A stretch of 64,000 nucleotides of DNA from Limnothrix sp. BL-A-16 (GTDB taxonomy: Bacteria > Cyanobacteriota > Cyanobacteriia > CACIAM-69d): contig CP166615.1 of the NCBI GenBank assembly GCA_041937175.2, positions 4,475,750 through 4,539,749 of the forward strand. Direction: 5' to 3'. Made by a program: the position numbers and the translations under genes. The notes beneath the pieces are model-generated. The model saw nothing but the letters and a program-made list of their open reading frames with translations, did not search any database and was not told where the DNA came from. Below are positions 10,247-18,243 of this stretch, piece by piece; within the stretch, counting starts at the first letter, position 1; every line of letters begins with the position of its first letter.

Positions 10247-10876
10247 CTAGCCCACCGCTGCCAAAACTGGGGCTGGGGCGCTGGCTAGGCGATCGGCCAG
10301 GGCTTCTCGCAATTGATCCACGCCCCAATTGCGGGCCGCCGCCATTAGCACCACCGGCACGCCCAACTTTTCGATTAGGGCTTCCCGATCGATGGTCAGG
10401 CCCCAACGCTGGGCCTCGTCCATCATGTTCACCGCCACAATCACGGGCAGCTCTGCTTCTAGCAACTGCACCGTTAGCGCCAACATGCGCCCTAAATTCT
10501 TGGCATCCAGCACATGGACGATCGCCCCAAAGGGTTCCGACATCAGTAAGTCCCGCGCTACCCGTTCCTCTTCACTGATCGGCAGCAGGGAATACATCCC
10601 CGGCGTATCAATCACGCTGACGGCGCGATCGTCCAGGGTCATGGCCCCGCGAGTCACTTCCACCGTTGTGCCGGGATAGTTAGACACCGTGACGTAAGTG
10701 CCAGTCAGGGCATGGAACAGGACGGATTTGCCCACATTCGGCATTCCCACCAGGGCAATTTGCGGCCCGCTTGGTTCGATCGGGGGCCGGTTGAAGTTTT
10801 CACCAAAAGGCAACCACCGTAGCGATCGCTTAGATCCACAACTTCCGTTGTTTTGATGGCACTGATGACAATCCAT
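10247..10876 (-). CDS. feoB: Stand-alone FeoB G-protein (small GTPase) domain
   Basis: G1 GMPNVGKS, G2 VSNYPGTTVE, G3 DTPG, G4 NMMD. Probable start MDCHQCH at 10876 (ORF track from 10933). Confidence 0.88.
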   Translation of the reverse strand: MDCHQCHQNNGSCGSKRSLRWLPFGENFNRPPIEPSGPQIALVGMPNVGKSVLFHALTGTYVTVSNYPGTTVEVTRGAMTLDDRAVSVIDTPGMYSLLPISEEERVARDLLMSEPFGAIVHVLDAKNLGRMLALTVQLLEAELPVIVAVNMMDEAQRWGLTIDREALIEKLGVPVVLMAAARNWGVDQLREALADRLASAPAPVLAAVG

Positions 10877-11066
10877 GACCCAACTCTCCCTGGCAATCTT
10901 GCCGGGCAACGTAATTTCAAGACGCTCTTTCAAGACGCTATCCCAAAGTGCTCAAACCCAAGTGCTCAAACACCTGCAAGCAGCCAATGCCAACGCCAGC
11001 CCCGGCCTGAGAGCATTCTGAGACGGTCGCTCTCATTTTAGGAGTGGCAGGATAGCTTACTGGAAA

Positions 11067-11400
11067 TCTGCAAGACTTTCTCAATAATCCTGATTGTAGT
11101 TCTTGAGCGATTTAGAGTCTAGAGAACTGGTGCTGGGGTGGGCCGATCTGCCCTGATCTGTGCTGAAATTTGGGGAGCGGCCGGGCCAATCTGGAAAGTG
11201 CAAACCGGAATCGACAAGCTCAAGAAATTCAGAATTTTCAATAATTGCAGCGATTGGGTGGGTATTGGAAATAGTGGAAATTTCACCCGTCGCAAACAAA
11301 CCATGGGGGGGCAAATTCTGTAATTTTGGCAATTAGCCTCTGGGGAGCAATGCCACTCTATTAAGAAAAATCAGCAATTTTATTGAAAATATCCGTCTAT
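11067..11400. promoter_or_regulatory. Putative Fur-type boxes in the divergent feoB / ATPase-operon promoter region
   Basis: AT-rich 19-mers resembling ATTGAGAATnATTCTCAAT at 11067-11085, 11360-11378 and 11382-11400; judged by eye only. Confidence 0.45.
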
Positions 11401-11562
11401 TGCACTTACACTGCTAATGAGTTTGGACAATTCTGTCCCTCCAAAAGCTTTTCCCCTAAGATCCTTGAAGCCGCTGCGCCCCTGGGGGCTTGTCCCGCTG
11501 GGTCGTGGGCCACTGGCTGGGATTGTTTGTGCCCCCCATCCTTGTTATGGGGAACTAAAGCC

Positions 11563-12435
11563 ATGAGTCATTCCTCAAACCCCAATCGCGAGCCATCCAC
11601 AACCCCTGAGCCGCAACCATTGGCTAATTCAGGGTTGGACTCGGCCGCTGAGGTCTCTCCAATCGCCCCAGCCTTCCAGGAGCAGCCCCCCGAGTCCGAT
11701 CGACTGGCGATCAATACTTCCTCTGCCCCTCCTCAATCCCAACCTGTGAACTCTGATTCTGATCTGGCCGAAACGGCAACGGGTGCTTTAGCGCAATCCA
11801 CCCCATCCGGCGCGATCGAGCCGGGCCCTGATTCTGCGTTAAGCAACCTCACCCTGTCCGCCCAACTGGGGCAATGGTTGCAGGAATACGGGGAAATTAC
11901 GACGATTTTGCCGGTGTTGGCGGGCTTGTTTGTCACAACCCGGTTTCAACTGCGCGGTTCGCGGGCCCTGTTGACCAACCTGGCGATCGCGGCGGTGGTG
12001 CGCCAAGTCATTCTGTACTTCAAACAGCAGGCCAATAGCTCGGCGGGAACGTTGGCGATGGTGACTGCGGGGGCGGCTTTGGCTACGGTGGCCACAACGT
12101 CGGCCCCCAACAACCAATCCGCAGCCTCTGCCCAAACAAGTCCCATTTCCCTCACTGAACTGGGCAGTAATTTGGGCATTGGTTTGGGTTGCGAAGATTG
12201 CACGATCGTCCATTCCGTGCCAGGGCGGATCCGGTTGCGGATCGATCGCCTCCGCACCGATCGCGCCTATGGCAAGCGGCTGGAAACCTTGCTGAAGGAT
12301 GAACCGATCGTGTTGGGCACGCGGATTAATCAGGCGGCGGCCTCCTTGGCGATTCAATACGACTCCACGGGCCTCTCGGATCTGGAGTTGGGGCTGCGAT
12401 TGTTGCAGGTGTTGAATCGCGCCAACCAGGATTAG
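11563..12435 (+). CDS. Membrane-associated protein with C-terminal HMA2-like domain (FezC/FezH-like)
   Basis: Disordered N-terminus, hydrophobic segments (ILPVLAGLFV, LLTNLAIAAVV), C-terminal IVHSVPGRIRLRI...RINQAAASLAIQYD. Probable start ATG 11563. Confidence 0.7.
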   Translation: MSHSSNPNREPSTTPEPQPLANSGLDSAAEVSPIAPAFQEQPPESDRLAINTSSAPPQSQPVNSDSDLAETATGALAQSTPSGAIEPGPDSALSNLTLSAQLGQWLQEYGEITTILPVLAGLFVTTRFQLRGSRALLTNLAIAAVVRQVILYFKQQANSSAGTLAMVTAGAALATVATTSAPNNQSAASAQTSPISLTELGSNLGIGLGCEDCTIVHSVPGRIRLRIDRLRTDRAYGKRLETLLKDEPIVLGTRINQAAASLAIQYDSTGLSDLELGLRLLQVLNRANQD

Positions 12436-12463
12436 CCACCATCAGGATTTCAGCGAAAAGGGC

Positions 12464-14740
12464 ATGGCAATGGCAAACATGGGGCAGACCGTGGCGGACG
12501 ATCGCACCTGGCGCTGGGAACGACCGGCGGCCTGGACCCATTGGGAATTGATCCATTGGCAGCCGGGCCGGGTGCGGGTGCGTTGGTGGCCGGCGCGGTC
12601 TTCGGCCTTGGCGGTGGAACGGTTGGAAGCGGCCCTAGCGGCGCGATCGGACGTGGCGGCGGTGCGGGTGGTGCGGGCGGCCGCTTCGGTGACGATTGTG
12701 TATCACGATCGCCAATTACCGATGGCCGGCCTGCGATTGCGCTTGGATGACTGGTTGGCCCTGGCTTGGCCCGATCGGGCCCTGCTGTTGCAACCGGCCC
12801 CAGACCTGCCAGCTCCTGCCACGGTCGGGGCCCCGGCGGAAACGGCGGAGGACGAGGACGAGGACGAGGAAGAAGCCTCCTTGCCCCAAACCCTAACGGC
12901 CTTGGCCTTGGCGGGCTTGGCCCGGTGGCGGCCCCTGTTGCCGTTGCGGGTGTTGGCGACGGTGGCCCTGTTGCGGGCCGTTTGGCCCGTGGCCCAGCGG
13001 GCCTGGCAAAGCGTGACAGTCGATCGCCGCTTGAATATTGACTGCATGGATCTGTTGGCGATCGGCCTCAGCAGCAGCGGCGGATCCTTGGTGGTTCCGT
13101 CCATGGTGTTGACCCTGCACGCCTTGGGGGATGCGATTCGCGATCGCACCGCTCGGGCCACGGCTCTGCGAACGGCTAACCTGTCCGACGCGATCGGGCG
13201 GTTTGCTTGGGTAAAAATGAACGACGGGCCGCCCCAACGAATTCCCAGTGACCAGCTCCAGGTGGGCGATTTGGTGGTGGTTTATCCCGGTGAGCAAATT
13301 CCCGCCGATGGGCCGGTGCTGTCTGGGGAAGCCACGATCGATGAAAAAAGCCTGACCGGGGAACCCTTGCCGGTGGCCGCCAGTGCGGGCCGTTGGGTTC
13401 ATGCTTCAACGTTGGTGCGATCGGGGCAAATTTACCTGCGTGCGGAACGGGTGGGCAACCAAACTCGCGCCGCCGCCAGCTTGGCCCTGTTGGAACAGGC
13501 CCCGGTCTATGACACCCGGATGGCCAACTATGCCGAACGGCTGGCCGACCGGGCGATCGGCCCGGCCTTGATTTTGGCCCTGGTGGTGCTGATTGCCACC
13601 CGCGATCCGGCCCGGGCGGCGGCGATTCTGACCCTGGACTTTGTGACCGGCATTCGGCTATCGATTCCCACGGCGTTCCTGGGAGCCTTGAACCACACCA
13701 CCCGTCACGGTGTGTTGGTGCGCAGTGGGCGAACCCTGGAACAGTTGGCGGCGATCGATACGGTGGTGTTCGACAAAACGGGCACCCTGACCCAGGGCGA
13801 CATCGTTTTAGAGCAGGTGTTGCCGGCCCAGCCGGACATCACCTCCGATCAGCTCCTGCAATTGGCCGCTTCGGCGGAGCAGCGGCTCACCCATCCGGTG
13901 GCCGAGGCGATCGTCCGGGCAGCGGCCGATCGGGGCCTGACCCTGAGCGATCGGGGCGAATGGAACTATGAAGTGGGCTTGGGGGTGCGGGCCCAAGTGG
14001 CGGCCAGCGATGTGCTGGTGGGCAGTGCGCGGTTTTTGATTCAACAGGGTGTGACGGGGTTGGGCGAATGGCTGACCACCCTGGATCAGCAGGCCAGCAG
14101 CCAACCCTCGATCGCCCAGCCTTCAATCTATGTGGCCGTGGATGGCCGGTTCATGGGGGAATTGCGCTACACCGACCCCCTGCGACCCGAAAGCGCCGCC
14201 CTGGTGCAAACCCTGCAAACGGAATTGGGGTTGGATGTGCGGCTGTTGACCGGCGATACGCCCGCCCGCGCAGCCCAGGTGGCGCGGGCCCTGGAAATTC
14301 CCACTGATCGGGTCTATGCGGAAGCCTTTCCCGATCGCAAAGCCACGATCATTCGCGACCTGCGGCGATCGGGGCGCACCGTGGCCTTTGTGGGCGATGG
14401 CCTCAACGACTCCGTGGCCCTGGCCTATGCGGATGTGTCCATTTCCTTTGAGCAGGGGTCGGAAATTGCCCGCGAAACCGCCGATGTGGTGTTGATGAAT
14501 AACCATTTGCTGGATCTGCTGGAGGTGTTAACCATCGCCCGCCAAACCCAAGGATTGATTGAACAAAACACCGCTTTGGTGGTGCTACCCAACCTGATTG
14601 CTTTGGGCCTGGCCACCACCCGCGGCCTCAGCCCCCCGATCGCCACTGCCATCCACAACGGCTCCGCGATCGCCGCCGGCCTCAACAGTTTGCGCCCCCT
14701 GATTCAGCACCACTTTTTTGAGCGGCCCCGCGATCGCTAG
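12464..14740 (+). CDS. Heavy-metal P1B-type ATPase, FezB/P1B-6-like
   Basis: SLTGE, DKTGTLT, HP, LTGD and GDGLND motifs. TM motif LDFVTGIRLSIP replaces CPC/SCA; C-terminal HNGSA...N; N-terminal HWQPGRVRVR. Confidence 0.9.
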   Translation: MAMANMGQTVADDRTWRWERPAAWTHWELIHWQPGRVRVRWWPARSSALAVERLEAALAARSDVAAVRVVRAAASVTIVYHDRQLPMAGLRLRLDDWLALAWPDRALLLQPAPDLPAPATVGAPAETAEDEDEDEEEASLPQTLTALALAGLARWRPLLPLRVLATVALLRAVWPVAQRAWQSVTVDRRLNIDCMDLLAIGLSSSGGSLVVPSMVLTLHALGDAIRDRTARATALRTANLSDAIGRFAWVKMNDGPPQRIPSDQLQVGDLVVVYPGEQIPADGPVLSGEATIDEKSLTGEPLPVAASAGRWVHASTLVRSGQIYLRAERVGNQTRAAASLALLEQAPVYDTRMANYAERLADRAIGPALILALVVLIATRDPARAAAILTLDFVTGIRLSIPTAFLGALNHTTRHGVLVRSGRTLEQLAAIDTVVFDKTGTLTQGDIVLEQVLPAQPDITSDQLLQLAASAEQRLTHPVAEAIVRAAADRGLTLSDRGEWNYEVGLGVRAQVAASDVLVGSARFLIQQGVTGLGEWLTTLDQQASSQPSIAQPSIYVAVDGRFMGELRYTDPLRPESAALVQTLQTELGLDVRLLTGDTPARAAQVARALEIPTDRVYAEAFPDRKATIIRDLRRSGRTVAFVGDGLNDSVALAYADVSISFEQGSEIARETADVVLMNNHLLDLLEVLTIARQTQGLIEQNTALVVLPNLIALGLATTRGLSPPIATAIHNGSAIAAGLNSLRPLIQHHFFERPRDR

Positions 14741-14835
14741 CCTTCCCTGGCTGCCCACCGCTCGCCCCTGTTCACCCCGCCGTTCACCCCGTTTTCACTG
14801 CCTCGATTTGCAAACCCCTCACCCCCTTCAGACCC

Positions 14836-15168
14836 ATGGCTTGGATTCATCTGGATAAATCCGTTGTCACCTTTCACATCAAGGAAATGATTGAGGATGG
14901 CTGTCAACAGGACTTGACTGCCTTGCTGGGGTTGGGGGCCGTGCTGGTGGGGCCCGTGGTGGCGCGATCGCTCCTGCAATCCTTGCACCAGCGCCAACGC
15001 CCGATCTCCCTGAGCGATTGGATTACCCAAGCCCAACAAACGGCCCCCGCTCCCACCTTGCGCCTGGCTCCCGCGGCCCAAAACCAACGCCCCAACCGCG
15101 CAATGGCAATTGGGGCTTCTCAGCAGGATTCAGTTCAGGGCACAGCACAAACCAACAACGCCGCCTAG
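14836..15168 (+). CDS. Small putative single-pass membrane protein
   Basis: 110 aa with one Gly-rich hydrophobic stretch LTALLGLGAVLVGPVVA; follows the ATPase. Confidence 0.55.
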   Translation: MAWIHLDKSVVTFHIKEMIEDGCQQDLTALLGLGAVLVGPVVARSLLQSLHQRQRPISLSDWITQAQQTAPAPTLRLAPAAQNQRPNRAMAIGASQQDSVQGTAQTNNAA

Positions 15169-15337
15169 GAGAGCGTTAACCGCTCGATCGGACTCGGCAG
15201 GAACACCAAGGAGCTTATTTCCGGGTGTTGTATTTCTGAGCGCTCATTGAAAGTGCTCATTCTTTGATGACATCGGGACGGAATTGGGCAGTGAGTGGAT
15301 CGGCTGGCGCATCCAGCCCGATCGCTCACCCTTCCCA

Positions 15338-15718
15338 TTAGACCAGCCGGTGTTCTTCTTCCGGCGAAGTTGCATTCAACGCCGGGGGCACTTCCGATCC
15401 GGGCGCGCTGGCCGTTAAACCCAACGGCACCCGGGCCTCCGCGAGGGCTTCAGCACGGGCCTCCGCCGCAATATCCGCGATCATTTCGCCGGTTTCCGCG
15501 ATCGCGGCTTTTGTCTTTTCAAACAACACAACCCCAGTTTTCAACCCTGCCTTGAGCGCTGGTTTCAACAGAGGCAAAATAATCGGGGCAACCACCACCG
15601 TTGCCACACCGGCCAAGGCCACCTTAGCCGCAGGTTCTTGAGCCAAACCGATAATGCGCGATCTCAGACGAAGTTCGCCAAGATTCATCATGGGAGTTAC
15701 TCGCCACCGACGATACAT
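15338..15718 (-). CDS. DUF5132-like small membrane protein (FezA-type)
   Basis: LAGVATVVVAPIILPLLKPALKAGLKTG (hydrophobic segment plus GxxxG), then amphipathic helix AETGEMIADIAAEARAE. Start uncertain. Confidence 0.7.
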   Translation of the reverse strand: MYRRWRVTPMMNLGELRLRSRIIGLAQEPAAKVALAGVATVVVAPIILPLLKPALKAGLKTGVVLFEKTKAAIAETGEMIADIAAEARAEALAEARVPLGLTASAPGSEVPPALNATSPEEEHRLV

Positions 15719-16007
15719 GCCCTAATTCTATCAAGTCTTTCCAAAAGGATTGGATTAAAACAATCTAGATTTCAGGACAACATCAGTCAGCTTGTTGAAT
15801 ATTTTTTAGAGGATTGTGATCGGAATTTTCAGCTTCAAAATAATTGAAAAATTACCCAAAGCAGCCCTGGGATTCGTTTATGAATCCAGATTCCTATAGA
15901 GAATTTCTGTCAATTTTCATCCCAACTGATATCCCAATTGTGCTCAGAGAACCAAATTTTTTGGCTCCGAGGAGGTTTGCAAAGCCGCAGTTTGCGTGAT
16001 CAATCAA

Positions 16008-16182
16008 TAGATCTCTTGCATCAATTAAGACCCTCACCCTAAATCCCTCTCCCAAGTCGGGAGAGGGACTTGAAAATCAACAACGAAATCGCCGTAACTC
16101 CCGTTTTCTGGCTCCCCTTCGCCCCCCTTGGGAGAAGGGGTTGGGGGATGAGGGCTATTAGCTGATTCGCGCAAGAGGTCTA
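16008..16182. repeat. Small dispersed inverted-repeat element (MITE-like) carrying a CCCTCTCCC/GGGAGAGGG palindromic cassette
   Basis: Ends TAGATCTCTTGCA / CGCAAGAGGTCTA; internal cassette shared with 36740-36886. Confidence 0.7.
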
Positions 16183-16217
16183 ATGGGTCTTGTTGGCTCC
16201 CGCTCGTTCTGATCATG

Positions 16218-16254
16218 AAAAAACGAGGGCGATCGATTCCCGATCGCCCTCGTT
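16218..16254 (-). terminator. Rho-independent terminator of hemE
   Basis: AACGAGGGCGATCG-loop-CGATCGCCCTCGTT stem followed by a T-run on the minus strand. Confidence 0.75.
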
Positions 16255-16288
16255 ATAGCTATGCCGAATGAATGGCTGTGCCGAAGTC

Positions 16289-17353
16289 TTACCGTGCGCC
16301 CACCAGCAACTTGTCAGCATTCTTCGCCGTTTCAAAGAAGAAGGCGGCGTTTTCTTCCGGCGTGGTGGACAGGATGCCGTGACCCAGGTTCAGGACGTGG
16401 CCCTTGCGGCCAGCCTTGTTGATCGTGTCGATAATGCGATCGCGGATGAATGCCTTGGAGCCAAACAGCACACCGGGATCAATATTCCCTTGCACCATGA
16501 TGTCCGGGCCCAGGCGGCGACGCGCATCGGCCATATCCACCGTCCAATCAACGCTGACCACATTCGCGCCCGATTGGCCCATCCGTTCCAGAATGCCGGC
16601 GCTGCCGCTGATGTAGAGCACCAGGGGCACATCGGGGTAGCGATCGCGCACCTTCTTGAAGGCCCGTTGTTGGTAGGGCAGGGCAAAGGTGTCGTAATCC
16701 TGGGGCGACAGTTGACCCGCCCAGGAGTCAAACATTTGCACCATTTGCGCGCCGCATTCGATTTGGTGACACATGTAATCTGCCACCATGTCCGACAGCT
16801 TTTCGAGGAAAGCGTGCAGCACGGCTGGCTCCGAGAAGGCCATCCGCTTAATCACGGCGTATTCCTTGGAGCTTTTGCCCTCGATCGCGTAGGCCGCCAA
16901 CGTCCAGGGCGCACCCACAAAGCCCAATACGGCCGCTTTGTTGCCCACTTCCTGGCGAAGGGTGGTCAAGATGGTGCGGATGTAGGGCATGGCCGCATCG
17001 GGATCCAGGCGAGTCAGGGCCTGAACTTGCTCCATCGTCCGAATCGGCGACTCAATCACGGGGCCGCGGCTTTCGATGATGTCGAAGGGGATGCCGATTC
17101 CGGTCAGGGGCGTAAGAATGTCCGAAAACATGATCACGCCATCGGGTTGGAAGGCGCGGAAGGGTTGCAGGGAAATTTCGATCGCCAAGTCAGCAATTTC
17201 CGAGCGATCGCGGAAGGACGGATATTTTTCGCGCAAATCCCGATAAACCTTCATGTAACGCCCTGCTTGGCGCATCATCCACACGGGCGGGCGAGGCAGT
17301 TCTTCGCCCCGCAGCGCTCGCAACAAGTAAGGCGTATCGTTTGCGCTGGTCAT
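16289..17353 (-). CDS. hemE: Uroporphyrinogen decarboxylase
   Basis: [36 protein letters not shown]. Confidence 0.97.
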   Translation of the reverse strand: MTSANDTPYLLRALRGEELPRPPVWMMRQAGRYMKVYRDLREKYPSFRDRSEIADLAIEISLQPFRAFQPDGVIMFSDILTPLTGIGIPFDIIESRGPVIESPIRTMEQVQALTRLDPDAAMPYIRTILTTLRQEVGNKAAVLGFVGAPWTLAAYAIEGKSSKEYAVIKRMAFSEPAVLHAFLEKLSDMVADYMCHQIECGAQMVQMFDSWAGQLSPQDYDTFALPYQQRAFKKVRDRYPDVPLVLYISGSAGILERMGQSGANVVSVDWTVDMADARRRLGPDIMVQGNIDPGVLFGSKAFIRDRIIDTINKAGRKGHVLNLGHGILSTTPEENAAFFFETAKNADKLLVGAR

Positions 17354-17915
17354 CGTCGCCGCTTCCTTCTTACAAAAACCGGTTTGTTAAATCGAGTGCC
17401 TTGACAGCTTACCACCCGTGCGAGCAAGGGCGACTCTCTTACTTCGTAACGGTTTGCAACGATTTTCGAGCAGCAATTTGGGCAGCAATTTAAGCGGTCA
17501 TGGGACGGAGATTTGAGCCAGGAAAAATTTCGAGACCCAAATTTCGAGACCACTCGCATTGGATTGCTTCAAGAGTCACGCCCCACTCAAGCAATTCTCG
17601 CAATTGTGCCAATAACCTAGCCAAACTACATCCGCCCCGGTCAAATCTCAACCGGGTAAAATAAAGATAAAACTCATTGAGCTATCTGCATGGATGGCGA
17701 TCCCTTCTGGGAGGATTCTTAATCCGGATCATCGATGAACCGTGGGCAATGGGGCAAAGGCACAGGTGCATCTGCCACAAAGCCGGAAAATCTAGCGCTG
17801 AGAAAATCCAGCGCTCAAAAATGCTAGGACGGCGGGTAATCAATCCGCTATGCTGCTGGCAATTCCCCCTCCATGCCGAGTCTGACCGTTAGCCTTATCT
17901 AACCCCCCCAAACAC

Positions 17916-18161
17916 ATGGAACCCTCCACCATGGGCGATCGCGCCGCCAGCCCCCGCCCGGAACGCGAAAAAGTTGAGCTTTCGATTCGTCTCGATCCGG
18001 ACTTGCTCGATCGAGTCAATCACCTGACCGACGACCCGAGCAAAATTATCGAAGCCGCCGTGCGCCAATGGTTGCGGGGTGGCCCGGCCCGCGAGGATGA
18101 TCTCTCGCGGTTGTTGCCGCGCAATCCCGTTGTGCCGCCCCGTGGGGAATGGAACGATTAG
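17916..18161 (+). CDS. Small ribbon-helix-helix-like conserved cyanobacterial protein
   Basis: KVELSIRLDPDLLDRV...SKIIEAAVRQWL strand-helix-helix pattern; C-terminus PPRGEWND. Confidence 0.65.
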   Translation: MEPSTMGDRAASPRPEREKVELSIRLDPDLLDRVNHLTDDPSKIIEAAVRQWLRGGPAREDDLSRLLPRNPVVPPRGEWND

Positions 18162-18243
18162 CCGAGCGGCCTTGGATGGCGTTGCCAGTTGTGTTGAATC
18201 GCGGAAATTGTGGTGAACTGGGCCTCAGGATTGAAGCTCAGAG

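Noticed and set aside
16034..16216. 60-aa ORF (SPHPPTPSPKGGEG...)
   Set aside because: Translation of the palindromic repeat cassette.
16268..17404. 378-aa plus-strand ORF
   Set aside because: Antisense shadow of hemE; no motifs; typical of GC3-biased genes.
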